This document shows positions 29,756 through 39,673 of a DNA stretch of 64,000 nucleotides, piece by piece. The notes under the pieces were generated by a model that saw only the letters and a program-made list of their open reading frames with translations, searched no databases and was not told the DNA's origin. Source of the stretch: Rickettsiales bacterium (lineage in GTDB: Bacteria; Pseudomonadota; Alphaproteobacteria; Rs-D84); contig JAIRUP010000011.1 in NCBI GenBank assembly GCA_031254335.1, positions 9,199 to 73,198 on the forward strand, written 5' to 3'. The position numbers and the translations under genes were made by a program. Numbering within the stretch: position 1 is the stretch's first letter; each line of letters begins with the position of its first letter.

Positions 29756-32700
29756 AATCTGTAAGATATTCCGGCGCGGGCGTTGAAGCCGTTTATCTCG
29801 TCGCTTGACCGCAAGGAAAACTTCGCGTCCAAAGTCAAAGATTCGCGGACGCTTCCGACCATTCCGAAACCATATTCGAAATACGAGCCGACCATTCCCA
29901 ATTTCGGCTGCTCCATTTCGCCGATTCTGTTTTTGGAGTCGCCGGACAGGTTCCAATTATAAAGCCCGGAAAGAAAAACATTCACCGATTCCATCCCGAA
30001 TATCAGCGCAAGGCCCGGCGCGACATTCGCGCCGTCCACATAGCTTGAATACATTTCTATATCGCCGTAATTCGACATCCATTCGCGCCCGCCGAAGTGG
30101 TTGTAAGACGCCATAAAATTCGGCTGGACAATCGTGTATCTCATCACGCGCATGTCATAGGCGATTTTTCCCGCCGCGCCGACGAACCAGTTGTCGACGG
30201 AATCCTTCGCGCCCCCGACATCAATCTCGGTGTTATAGAATCCGTTATACGCCATAAGCGCGCCGATGAATTTCCCGTTCGTCCAGGTGCTTTGGATTCC
30301 GATTTGCCCGCCGTTCTGCGTCATTTCGACGCCGCTCCATCTCTGTTTGCCGCCGTTATAGGCCATGTAGAGCGTCGGCACCCATCGCCAGCTTTTTTCC
30401 CCGCCAATCAGGACGGACGCGGTGTCCAGGCCCGCGATTATTCCGTATAAATTGCTGTCCGCCTCGTCCAAGCCGCCGCCAAGTTTCAGTTTTTCCGCGC
30501 CGCCATAGGCCTTGACCCAGACGCCCTTCTGGTGTTCCTGGAACTGCCACGGCGCATACTTGCACATCAGGCATTCGTCGCTGTCAAGGAACACATGGTC
30601 GAACATGACGCCCGCGACAAGACCCTGCGACAGCATCATCGCGTTCGTCGATACCCCGCCGCGCAAGGCCTGCGGATTTCCGCCTTGCAGCCGAAGCTCG
30701 TAATTTCCGCTTCCAAGCGACACAAGCGAATATTCCCCCGCCGGAGTCATTATGGAATCCGCCGACGCCGCGAACATAATCGCGGGGTCGTAGTTCGGCG
30801 AGCTCATTATATTGAACGGCACGACCGCCGAGCGCGGAGAATTCAGCAAATTGATTTCATCCAGCATGACAACCGCGTCCATCGCGTAAATGTCGGCTAT
30901 GCCCGACGCCGGGTCGCCGTTCACTATCAATTCGCCCGGCGCCGCCGTTCCGCTGAAAACAAACTGGTCGGAGCGCGCGTTCCGCGCGTCCAAATCCACC
31001 GAGAATTTCGCAATGCTGTTCACCGGATTGTCCAAGACCGAAAAGATTGCGAACTTGCCCGCGAAATTGTGCGTTTGGATTGCTCCGTCCATCGAATTCA
31101 CAAGCGCGTTGTCGCCCATGACAAGCGCGCCGCTGGTTGCGATGTATGTTCCGCCGCCCGCGCCGACATTAAGGGCGACATTGTTTATGAACAGCGTGGA
31201 ATCCGACAGGACCAAGTCGCCGCCCGTAAGTCCGCCGCTTGGCGCAAGGCCTTTGACATAGGCGACCGCGTTGTTGCCGATTACCGTGACTCCGCCCGTT
31301 TTTTGCAGCACATCCGAATAGACGGCAAGCCCCGCGCCCCGGGCGACAATATAACCGTCGCTTTGATTGACTTTGCCGAATGTTCCGCCCGACGACGCGG
31401 GCATGGAATCGGTCGGATTCAGCCAAATCGCGCCGCCCGCGATGTCCAGGAATCCCGTCGAATACAGATTAATCGTCGCCGATTCCCCGATTATGTCGCC
31501 CGGATTCAACTTCAAGCCGCCGTATATGTTGACGGTGCCGCCGGTTATGTTCATGACCGCGCTGTCCAGCTTGTCGGCGTTCAGATGCCAGTTCAGGATT
31601 CCGCTTTGGATGTTGTTCGTTCCGCCGAAGAACATTCCGTAAGCATCGACGATTCCATTGGTCTGCAAGAATTCGCCGAGATAGTTCGAGTTGTCCGCCG
31701 ATTCCGCCAATATGAAATCCGCCGGACTATGCTTGGCGATTAGCGCGCCGGCCGTTCCCGCAATGCCGCTGCCGAAGAACAGAATCCCGCCGGTGGAAAT
31801 CAAGGTTATCGTTCCCGCGTTGTATATGTCGTTCGCGCCGGTGCTGTCGGCATTCCCGCTGAAAATCATGTTCGCGCCCTGCGCGACGCTTATGTCCAGC
31901 TGGCTTCCCGCCGCGTTGTAAATCGCGCCGCCAAGGCCGCCCGCCGTATTGCCCGTGAAGTTCATGTCGTGGTCGCCCGAATATATCGCCGTGGTTTCGG
32001 ACGAACTTGACGAGTCGTGGTAAATCGCGCCGCCGTTCCCGCCCGCGCTGTTTCCGACGAAGGAACCGCCGTGCTTGTTTATAGTCCCCGTATTGTAAAT
32101 CGCGCCGCCGTCGCCGCCCGCGGAATTATTCGTGTAATCCAGATTGGTGCTTGTCGTGCTTCCCGCCGCGATGTTCGCCGCGCCGCCGTTCCCGGTCGAG
32201 CTGTTGTTTTGCAGCGCAAGGTTCGAAAGCGTCGCGCTTGAACTTGCGTTGTCCATATAGATGACCGCGCCGCCGCGGCCGGAAGAATCCAAGGCGTCCC
32301 GAACGGTCAAATCCTGCAATGTGAAATATGTATCGTCGTTCTCGATGTCGAACAGGGACTGCCCGGTTTCGCCGTCCGTCGAATTCAATCCCGACAGAAC
32401 GGCCGTTCTTGTTCCGGCAACCGCGCCATGGACCGAGAATGTCCCGTCGGCCATAACTCCCAAATCCCCGTCGTTCTGATAAATTTCCGCCGCGCCGATT
32501 TGCCACGAGCGCGCGACCGCGTCCGACATCCCGGCCGCCGCCGCATTCGAATCAAGCTCGTTCACATCGTTCAGCACAAGGACAAGGGACGACGGATTGT
32601 TCGGAACGCTAATCATTCCCGTCGATGTCCCGCCCGGATTCGTAGTCGTCGAGGCCGTGCCGCCGTTAGGGTCGGTCGTGCTTGAACCGCCGCCGTTCGG

Positions 32701-35496
32701 GTCCGTGGTCGTAGTGGTCGAGCCGCCGCCGTTCGGGTCGGTCGTGTTTATCGTCGTGTCGCCGCCGGGATTCGTGTTTATCGTTGTGCCGCCGCCGCTT
32801 GGCGGGACTATGGTCGTGGTCGTTCCGCCGTTCCCATCCGGGCCCACATCGACCGTCGTGCCGTCGGGCAGGGACGCGCTTCCGCTGCCGCCCGCCGGGA
32901 CATCGACGACCGTTCCGCCCGGCTCGCTTGTTATGGTGCTGTTTCCGTCCGGGTCGGTCACAACCGTTATCGTGTTGCCCGCGCCGTCGTCCGTCGTGCT
33001 TGCGGAGCTTCCGTCGGGATTCGTCGTCGTAGTCGTCGTGCTTCCGTCCGGGTTCGTCGTGGTCGTAGTCGCGCCGCCGCTCGGGTCGGTCGTCGTAGTC
33101 GTGGTTCCGCCGCCCGGATTGTTCGTGGTCGTCGTCGTGCCGCCGCCGGAATCCACGGCGGACGAAGAGCTTCCCGAACCGCCCCCGCCGCTGGGCACGC
33201 TGTCAAGCTGGACATACTGGTTGTTCACGGTCGTAATCGTGTATGTTCCGTTGGAAGTCGCGACGAACTGCGACAAGCCGTTTTGGAAATCCAGGACATC
33301 GCCGTATATTATGCGCATGGTTCCGGTAATAAGGCCGTCCGCGTCATTCACATAAATTTTCCCCAGATAATTTATCGTGCCTCCGCCGTTCGCGACATTC
33401 AGCGAGTCCGCCGAAAGCCCGCCCTGGTTATTTCCGATTTTGAACGAAAGCGACGCGGTCGCGTCGGCCCCAAGATTCAAGAAATTATACTGCTGGTAAT
33501 TCGCCGACGAATTCGCAAGGTCTATAAGCGAGCCGTTGTAAAAACCGTAAGCCGTGCCGCCGGTATAATCGGCGCTTCCCAATATGACGCCGCTATTATT
33601 GAAGCCGATAGAGTTCGACTGCCCGTTCGATATGTCGTTTTGCAGATTGTAAAGCGCGCCGCCCGGCATGCCCGCATTGAATCCGACCGTCGCGCCGCTT
33701 CCCATGAAATTTATGCCCGCGTCCGCGATGGCCGCGGCCCGGCTTATGGAAATCCTGTTGCTGGACACGGCCGTGAAGTTCATGGCCGAATCCGACAGCA
33801 TATCGGCGTTGAAATAGAATGTATCCTGGCTGCTGCTTACATTCGCCGTGCCGCCGATATTGTTTTGCCCGCCGAACATAAGGCCCTGAACATTGACGAC
33901 GGCCCCGGCCGCATTGTTGAAGACTCCCGCGAAGCCCGTGCTTTGACTGGCCGCGTTCAGGTTCAGGGTGGTGCCGGATTCCTGATTTATGGTTCCTATG
34001 CCCGCGATTCCGTCGTTTATGTTCACGGTGCCGCCGCCGGTTATGTTTATGGCGGCGGTCGCCGAATCCTGGTATATTCCGGGGCCGTTCGCAAAACCCG
34101 CCGCATAATTGTTCAGGAAATTTATTCCGCTTGCGCCGGTATTCAGATTAATCACTCCGTTCCCGGAATTGTAAATCGCACCGCCGAACAACGCGCCGTT
34201 CGCGTCGAACAATGTCCCGTCCGCTATGTTCACGACGCTTGTCCCCGGATAATTGTTCCCGGAAGTATTGTAAATCGCGCCGCCGCCACCGCTTGCATAG
34301 TTGTTCGTGAAGCTGCCTGAAATATTTACGACTATATCGGCCTGGCCCGCCTGGATATTGTTGTAAATCGCGCCGCCGAATCCGGCCGACTTGTTGCTGT
34401 CGAACGGCCCCGATATATCGAATGTTATATTTCCGCCGTAAGGCGAATACTGGTCGCCGACCGCATTGTAAATCGCGCCGCCCTGCGCCGCTACATTGGA
34501 ATAGAACGAGCCGACCAAATTCACATTAACGGCGGTGTTTCCGCCGTTTATTTCGGTCGCAACCGCGCCGCCGAACGCGGCCTGGTTCTGTGTGAAGACG
34601 CCGCCCGCAATATCGAAATTGTTCGCGGCGGGGGCGTTTCCATTCAGGACTCCGTTATAAACCGCGCCGCCCATGCCGGCCGCATAATTCTGGTAATAGG
34701 TATAGCCCTGTGCGCTGAAATCGTTCGACACGCCCGCGCCGCCCGCGTTATTGCCCATGAAATAAATCGCGCCGCCGTTCTGGGACGCCCTGTTCATCGC
34801 CAGATAATGCCCGTTCGTCCCGGTGTCGTCCACAACCGCAAATGTTCCGCCGCCGTTCTGCGAATTGTTCGACGCCATATAGACCGCGCCGCCGCTTGCC
34901 GCGGCATTGTTTGCGAAGTCGTTGTCGGTCAGAACATACGAATTGTCGCCGCCGCTTTGCATTTGGGAATTCACGGACACCGCCGCGCCGTTCGCAGACG
35001 ACGAGTTGTTATAGAAATAAGTTCCCGCGACCGTAAAATTATGATTGCCAATACCGTTTCCCGCAAATGCAACCGCGCCGTTCGCCGCGCCATAGACCGT
35101 AAGATTCGAGATGCTCGCGCTTATGTCGTTATTCCAGCCGGGCGCGAAGGCAAGGGTATATCCCCCCATAATCAGCGCGGTTCCGTCCGGCGTTCCTCCA
35201 TAACTGTTTATGCTTAGGGCGGGGCCGGAAAACGGATTCAGCGCGTTCGCCAGAATTATTCCGTAATCGCCTTTGGAATCGATGGCGGTTCCGACGACCG
35301 TTATCGAGCCATCGCCGCCGTTCCACGCGTCCGCAAAGTCCGCGGAAGTCGCGGCATCCGCCGCGTCCGCCGCGCGGACCAAGCAAAAACATACCATGCC
35401 CGACAATAATACGGCCGAGAATCTCATGATTAATAATATAAAAAAACGGCGCGGAATTTTATAGGTAGCTATTCTCAGATTAATTTCCCTTTCCAT
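29752..35496 (-). CDS. Autotransporter adhesin with polymorphic-membrane-protein (PMP) repeats
   Basis: 1914 aa. Dozens of GGA(I/V)Y(N) and FxxN motifs. Central Thr/Gly/Asn/Pro-rich block (TTTTTNPDG-like repeats). C-terminal beta-barrel ending ISYRF. The signal peptide probably starts at Met-24 (35427). Confidence 0.85.
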   Translation of the reverse strand: MEREINLRIATYKIPRRFFILLIMRFSAVLLSGMVCFCLVRAADAADAATSADFADAWNGGDGSITVVGTAIDSKGDYGIILANALNPFSGPALSINSYGGTPDGTALIMGGYTLAFAPGWNNDISASISNLTVYGAANGAVAFAGNGIGNHNFTVAGTYFYNNSSSANGAAVSVNSQMQSGGDNSYVLTDNDFANNAAASGGAVYMASNNSQNGGGTFAVVDDTGTNGHYLAMNRASQNGGAIYFMGNNAGGAGVSNDFSAQGYTYYQNYAAGMGGAVYNGVLNGNAPAANNFDIAGGVFTQNQAAFGGAVATEINGGNTAVNVNLVGSFYSNVAAQGGAIYNAVGDQYSPYGGNITFDISGPFDSNKSAGFGGAIYNNIQAGQADIVVNISGSFTNNYASGGGGAIYNTSGNNYPGTSVVNIADGTLFDANGALFGGAIYNSGNGVINLNTGASGINFLNNYAAGFANGPGIYQDSATAAINITGGGTVNINDGIAGIGTINQESGTTLNLNAASQSTGFAGVFNNAAGAVVNVQGLMFGGQNNIGGTANVSSSQDTFYFNADMLSDSAMNFTAVSSNRISISRAAAIADAGINFMGSGATVGFNAGMPGGALYNLQNDISNGQSNSIGFNNSGVILGSADYTGGTAYGFYNGSLIDLANSSANYQQYNFLNLGADATASLSFKIGNNQGGLSADSLNVANGGGTINYLGKIYVNDADGLITGTMRIIYGDVLDFQNGLSQFVATSNGTYTITTVNNQYVQLDSVPSGGGGSGSSSSAVDSGGGTTTTTNNPGGGTTTTTTDPSGGATTTTTNPDGSTTTTTTNPDGSSASTTDDGAGNTITVVTDPDGNSTITSEPGGTVVDVPAGGSGSASLPDGTTVDVGPDGNGGTTTTIVPPSGGGTTINTNPGGDTTINTTDPNGGGSTTTTTDPNGGGSSTTDPNGGTASTTTNPGGTSTGMISVPNNPSSLVLVLNDVNELDSNAAAAGMSDAVARSWQIGAAEIYQNDGDLGVMADGTFSVHGAVAGTRTAVLSGLNSTDGETGQSLFDIENDDTYFTLQDLTVRDALDSSGRGGAVIYMDNASSSATLSNLALQNNSSTGNGGAANIAAGSTTSTNLDYTNNSAGGDGGAIYNTGTINKHGGSFVGNSAGGNGGAIYHDSSSSSETTAIYSGDHDMNFTGNTAGGLGGAIYNAAGSQLDISVAQGANMIFSGNADSTGANDIYNAGTITLISTGGILFFGSGIAGTAGALIAKHSPADFILAESADNSNYLGEFLQTNGIVDAYGMFFGGTNNIQSGILNWHLNADKLDSAVMNITGGTVNIYGGLKLNPGDIIGESATINLYSTGFLDIAGGAIWLNPTDSMPASSGGTFGKVNQSDGYIVARGAGLAVYSDVLQKTGGVTVIGNNAVAYVKGLAPSGGLTGGDLVLSDSTLFINNVALNVGAGGGTYIATSGALVMGDNALVNSMDGAIQTHNFAGKFAIFSVLDNPVNSIAKFSVDLDARNARSDQFVFSGTAAPGELIVNGDPASGIADIYAMDAVVMLDEINLLNSPRSAVVPFNIMSSPNYDPAIMFAASADSIMTPAGEYSLVSLGSGNYELRLQGGNPQALRGGVSTNAMMLSQGLVAGVMFDHVFLDSDECLMCKYAPWQFQEHQKGVWVKAYGGAEKLKLGGGLDEADSNLYGIIAGLDTASVLIGGEKSWRWVPTLYMAYNGGKQRWSGVEMTQNGGQIGIQSTWTNGKFIGALMAYNGFYNTEIDVGGAKDSVDNWFVGAAGKIAYDMRVMRYTIVQPNFMASYNHFGGREWMSNYGDIEMYSSYVDGANVAPGLALIFGMESVNVFLSGLYNWNLSGDSKNRIGEMEQPKLGMVGSYFEYGFGMVGSVRESLTLDAKFSLRSSDEINGFNARAGISYRF

Positions 35497-35512
35497 CGCG
35501 GAAAAGTCGCGC

Positions 35513-35518
35513 TATAAT
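35513..35518 (+). promoter_or_regulatory. TATAAT hexamer 6 nt upstream of GTG 35525
   Basis: gcTATAATcgggaaGTG read directly. Same N6 geometry as three minus-strand genes. Confidence 0.35.
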
Positions 35519-35524
35519 CGGGAA

Positions 35525-36847
35525 GTGAAAAAGTTTCCGCTTGTCTTCATCGCGCTCGCCTTCTTCGGATTTTCCGCCGAAGCGGCCCCCGGCATGCGCG
35601 AAATCAACGACACCGAAATCGAGACCGTCGTCGAAAAACTCATACAGCCAATCGCGCGCGCCGCGAAAATCCCCGACAGGCGGCTTCGCGTCCACATCAT
35701 AGCCGACAACGACCTGAACGCGTTCGTGTCCAGCGGCGAGGACATATACATATACGCCGGAACAATCATGAAGCTGGAAAACCCGAACGCCTTCCAAGCC
35801 GTCGTCGCGCACGAGCTTGGACATATCATCGGCGGCCATTACACCAACATGATGTCGCGCGTGGAAAAAGAGCTTGTCGCGGCGATTATAATGCAAAGCC
35901 TTGGAATCGCGCTTCTCGCGATAAACCCGGAGGCGGGCGCAGGCGTCATGATGGGCGCGCCGGGAATCACGCAATCCAACCTTATGGCGTTCTCGCGCGA
36001 CGAGGAAAGGCTGGCCGATATGACGGGCCTCGGGCTTTTGAAGTCCGCGGGCCTCCCGCGCGGCGGATTCATAGAGATGATGGAAATCATGCACGGCCAG
36101 AATGTCTATATAGAAAACGCGAAGAACCATTCCCAGATAAGCCATCCGACCACCGCGGAACGCCTTATGAACGGCAGGCAATGGATTCTTAAAAACGGCG
36201 GGGACGGCGGAGAGCTTCCGAAGGATTTGGTCCGCGAATACCAGATGGCGCGCGCCAAACTTATCGGATACCTGCAATCCGAAAAGTCCGTGCAGGACTT
36301 GTATCCCTCGAAAAACTCCGTCGCCGCGAAATACGCGCGCGCGATTTCCGACCTTAGGCGCAGCAAGCTGAAAACCGCGCTTAAAACCGCGCAGGAACTT
36401 TCCAAGGCCGACAAAAGCAACCCTTATTTCTTCGAGCTGGCGGGCGACATATACATGCAGACCGGGAAATATTCCGACGCGATAGAATCCTATGAAAAAT
36501 CGCTTTCGCTTTTGGAAGACGAATCCATGCAGATAAGCGCGGCGCTCGCGCTTGCCTTGGTCGAGCGGAACGAAAAGGACGACGCGGCGGAAGCGACCCG
36601 CAAAGCCAAGCGCGCGCTGATTCTCGCCGGCCCGTCGGCGAAGCACAACCCGTTCCTTTATTTCATTTTGGCGCGGGCATACGCGTCGCAAAATATGCAG
36701 GGTCTTTCCGACTGGGCGACGGCGGAATACAACTGGTCGCTTGGAAAAAAGAAGGAAGCGAAAAAATTCGCCGAGCGCGCGAAGAAAGTCCTTCCCGCGG
36801 ACTCCGCCGAATACAAAAAATCCGAAGACATTTTAAGGAAGGAATAA
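35525..36847 (+). CDS. M48 family metallopeptidase with TPR region (BepA-like)
   Basis: 440 aa. Signal peptide, HELGHIIGGH zinc motif, C-terminal TPR-like repeats. Confidence 0.8.
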   Translation: MKKFPLVFIALAFFGFSAEAAPGMREINDTEIETVVEKLIQPIARAAKIPDRRLRVHIIADNDLNAFVSSGEDIYIYAGTIMKLENPNAFQAVVAHELGHIIGGHYTNMMSRVEKELVAAIIMQSLGIALLAINPEAGAGVMMGAPGITQSNLMAFSRDEERLADMTGLGLLKSAGLPRGGFIEMMEIMHGQNVYIENAKNHSQISHPTTAERLMNGRQWILKNGGDGGELPKDLVREYQMARAKLIGYLQSEKSVQDLYPSKNSVAAKYARAISDLRRSKLKTALKTAQELSKADKSNPYFFELAGDIYMQTGKYSDAIESYEKSLSLLEDESMQISAALALALVERNEKDDAAEATRKAKRALILAGPSAKHNPFLYFILARAYASQNMQGLSDWATAEYNWSLGKKKEAKKFAERAKKVLPADSAEYKKSEDILRKE

Positions 36848-36956
36848 CCTTGTTTTTTTACAAGGCTTTGAATGTCGCCTGTAATTATTCCTTTTGACTT
36901 TTCGCCGGATTGAATGATAAAATTCACCGTTCATAGAACTACAAAAGGAGATTTTT

Positions 36957-37976
36957 ATGGCAAACAAGAAAACCCGCGTCGCAATCAACGGCTTCGGCCG
37001 CATAGGCCGAATGGTCCTGCGCGCTTATATCGAGTCGGGGCGGAAAGATTTGGAATTCGTCGCAATCAACGATTTGGCTCCGATGGAAAGGTCCGCGCAC
37101 CTCTTGGAATTCGACTCGGTCCATCGCAGATTGAAGACGCCGGTCAAACTGACGAAAACGGGAATCAGCGTCGGCGGACAGAACATAACGATTGTAAGCG
37201 AGCGCGACCCGAAAATGCTTCCGTGGAAGAAAATGAACATCGACATAGTCATGGAATGCACGGGAATTTTCACCAACGCCGACAAGGCGCGGGTCCATTT
37301 GGAAGCCGGCGCGAAGAAAGTCCTGGTGTCCGCCCCGTCGGACGGCGCGGACGCGACGATTGTTTTCGGCGTCAATGAAAAGACCTTGAAAAAATCGCAC
37401 AACATCATCTCGAACGCTTCCTGCACGACGAACTGCCTTGCCCCGGTAGCAAGCGTCATAGACGACAACTTCGGAATCGTGAACGGATTCATGACGACGG
37501 TGCATTCATACACCGGCGACCAAAGACTTGTCGACACCGACCACAGCGGCGACCTTAGGCGCGCGCGCGCGGCGGCGGTTTCCATGATTCCGTCCAAGAC
37601 CGGCGCGGCGAAAGCCATCGGCCTTGTGCTGCCGAAATTGTCCGGCAAACTGGACGGCGCGGCCATCCGCGTCCCGACGCCGGATGTCTCGGTCGTGGAA
37701 TTGGTCGTGAACCTGAAAAAGAAAACGACGGCGGAATCCGTGAACGCGGCCATAAAGAAAGCAAGCGAAGGCGCAATGAAAGGCATATTGGGATATTCGG
37801 ATTTGCCATTGGTCTCGGTGGATTTCACCGGCGACGCAAGGACTTCGATTCTGGACGCCGCGCTGACGAAGGTCATTGACGGCAACCTGCTTCATATCAC
37901 AAGCTGGTATGACAACGAATGGGGCTTCTCGAATAAAATGTGCGACACCGCCGCCGCCATCGGAAAGCTGCTTTAA
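36957..37976 (+). CDS. gap: Glyceraldehyde-3-phosphate dehydrogenase
   Basis: 339 aa. INGFGRIGR N-terminus and the active-site SNASCTTNCLAP. Confidence 0.92.
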   Translation: MANKKTRVAINGFGRIGRMVLRAYIESGRKDLEFVAINDLAPMERSAHLLEFDSVHRRLKTPVKLTKTGISVGGQNITIVSERDPKMLPWKKMNIDIVMECTGIFTNADKARVHLEAGAKKVLVSAPSDGADATIVFGVNEKTLKKSHNIISNASCTTNCLAPVASVIDDNFGIVNGFMTTVHSYTGDQRLVDTDHSGDLRRARAAAVSMIPSKTGAAKAIGLVLPKLSGKLDGAAIRVPTPDVSVVELVVNLKKKTTAESVNAAIKKASEGAMKGILGYSDLPLVSVDFTGDARTSILDAALTKVIDGNLLHITSWYDNEWGFSNKMCDTAAAIGKLL

Positions 37977-37985
37977 GCAAAAAAA

Positions 37986-38011
37986 AGCCCCGCAAAAGCG
38001 GGGCTTTTTTT
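37986..38011 (+). terminator. Rho-independent terminator
   Basis: AGCCCCGC-aaaa-GCGGGGCT followed by T7. Confidence 0.85.
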
Positions 38012-38124
38012 ATCGCTGCGATTTACTTTTTCATTATGAGGCAATGATACAAATCGTCCCCACCCCGATTGGTCATATCGACTTCGTCAAATGAAAGTTG
38101 GGTGTGTGTTTCTTTCCAAAAATG

Positions 38125-38379
38125 TTATCTTTTCAGCTGCTTCATGACTTCGTTATAGAATGTTTCGAGCTGCGGCGCGCCAAGCATAAGCCCGTATATC
38201 TTGTCCGCGGCGGCTTGCTCCAAATTATCCAAAGCCATCGGGACAAGCAGCGGTTTCAGATTTTTCGTCCCCGCTTCGATTTCGCCGTCGATTTCGGACA
38301 GCCGCTTGCTGACGGGGTCGCCCGGAAATTTCTCTATGAAGAGTTTCGATACGCTCAGCATCTCGGAAGTAAAATCCAT
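38125..38379 (-). CDS. Small hypothetical protein downstream of speB
   Basis: 84-aa ORF, 9 nt after the speB stop on the same strand. Non-biased composition. Confidence 0.45.
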   Translation of the reverse strand: MDFTSEMLSVSKLFIEKFPGDPVSKRLSEIDGEIEAGTKNLKPLLVPMALDNLEQAAADKIYGLMLGAPQLETFYNEVMKQLKR

Positions 38380-38388
38380 TGTTCGCTC

Positions 38389-39255
38389 CTATCGTTTTTT
38401 GCCCTTGCCCATCATGAAGAGCATTTCCATCGCAAGGTATGCCGCGACATTCGTCGACATTCCCGAAGCGTCCAGATTCGGCGAAAGCTCGACCAAATCC
38501 GCGCCGACTATATTATATCTTCCGCCGCCAAGCTCGCGCACCCAGCCCATCAATTCATTATACGACAAGCCGCCCGGGACGACGGTTCCCGTGCCGGGCA
38601 TTACGGACGGGTCAAGGCAATCCACATCAACCGAAACGAAAATGTTCTTGCCGTAAAGGTCCGCAATCCCCGAAAAATTATATATAACAGTTCTGTTCTT
38701 TTCCATAAAATCCCATTCGGATTTCGCCGCCGACCTTATGCCGACCTGCCTGATGTTCTTAACCGGGACGAATTCGGATATGCGGCGCATGACGGTTCCG
38801 TGCGAAAGCGATTCCCCATAGACTTCGTCCGCCATGTCGCCGTGCGCGTCGAAATGCACGACCGCCAAGGTCTTCGGGTCATAGAACTCTTGAATCGCCA
38901 TCATCGCGGGCAAGGTTACAAGGTGCTCGCCGCCGATTCCGAAATATCTTTTCTTGTCCTTGTAAATTTCCGCGACGGTTTCCTGTATCAAGGGCAGGGC
39001 CTTGTTCTTGTCTTTGGACAAGTCCAGCTCGCCCGCATCGAAGAAATTAAGCGCGTCGTCCATGGTCTTGCCGAAGTGGAAGGAATTCTCTTCGATTTCG
39101 CGGGACGCCGGGACTATTGCCGAATATGCGAAGCGCGTTCCGGGGCGGTTCGTGGTCGTGCCGTCGAACGGAAGGCCGACCATGACGGTTTCGGCATGGT
39201 CGTAATCCGGCGCGCTTCCAATAAAATTTTTACTCTTGAACGGGCCTTTCAGCAT
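38389..39255 (-). CDS. speB: Agmatinase/arginase-family ureohydrolase
   Basis: 288 aa. Motifs GIGGEH, FDAHGDM, VSVDVDCLDPS..PGTGT..PGGLS. Confidence 0.8.
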   Translation of the reverse strand: MLKGPFKSKNFIGSAPDYDHAETVMVGLPFDGTTTNRPGTRFAYSAIVPASREIEENSFHFGKTMDDALNFFDAGELDLSKDKNKALPLIQETVAEIYKDKKRYFGIGGEHLVTLPAMMAIQEFYDPKTLAVVHFDAHGDMADEVYGESLSHGTVMRRISEFVPVKNIRQVGIRSAAKSEWDFMEKNRTVIYNFSGIADLYGKNIFVSVDVDCLDPSVMPGTGTVVPGGLSYNELMGWVRELGGGRYNIVGADLVELSPNLDASGMSTNVAAYLAMEMLFMMGKGKKR

Positions 39256-39363
39256 TGAGGTTTGTCCTTATGTTATTGAATTTATTGTCAATAATAAACT
39301 AAAAATAACATAATTCAAGAAATATTATATTGATAATAATTCCCAGTTTGATATAATACTTTC

Positions 39364-39501
39364 GATACGAGGAGTTCTCGCGTCGGGGAGTCAAAGACCT
39401 CTTGGAAACTCTTGCCTTTGGCAGGAGGGTAGCGAAAGCTACACTATTTCCAATAGTCTTTGAACCTCCTGCCACTTTCTTCGAGAGTGGCTTTTTCTTT
39501 T
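39364..39501 (+). ncRNA. Structured RNA element A (riboswitch-like leader or sRNA)
   Basis: Follows TTTGATATAAT (39347..39357). Helices: GAUACGAG/CUCGCGUC, AAAGAC/GUCUUU, UUGCC/GGCAG, GUAGC-GAAA-GCUAC, and CUAU/AUAG with loop UUCCA pairing to UGGAA. CCUCCUGCC is complementary to GGCAGGAGG. Terminator GCCACU..AGUGGC+U5. Homolog at 50973..51112. Confidence 0.6.
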
Positions 39502-39520
39502 AACCGAACAGGAGGAATTC

Positions 39521-39673
39521 ATGGAATACAAAAAAGCGCCCGCCGCGCATACGGTCGTGAAGGAACTGAAAAAACTCATGGATAGGATGAGGAACGACAT
39601 GGTGTTCCTTGCGATGGTGGAAAGCATATTGGAAAAAACCGACGAACGCTGGACCCCGCCAAAGAAGAAATAA
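39521..39673 (+). CDS. 50-aa hypothetical protein downstream of RNA element A
   Basis: AGGAGG Shine-Dalgarno 6 nt upstream. MEYKKAPAAHTVVKELKKLMDRMRNDMVFLAMVESILEKTDERWTPPKKK. Confidence 0.4.
   Translation: MEYKKAPAAHTVVKELKKLMDRMRNDMVFLAMVESILEKTDERWTPPKKK

Noticed and set aside
30532-34320. Long + strand ORFs inside the autotransporter region (30532..31743, 32597..33355, 33283..34320)
   Set aside because: They are antisense to a continuous 1914-aa ORF that has repeated PMP motifs and a terminal beta-barrel. The antisense products are Arg- or Val/Pro-rich low complexity.
38098-39258. 386-aa ORF on the + strand
   Set aside because: It is antisense to the agmatinase gene and the small ORF 38125..38379. 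The translation is Arg/His/Phe-rich with no motifs, whereas the minus strand shows clear ureohydrolase motifs. This is a shadow ORF.
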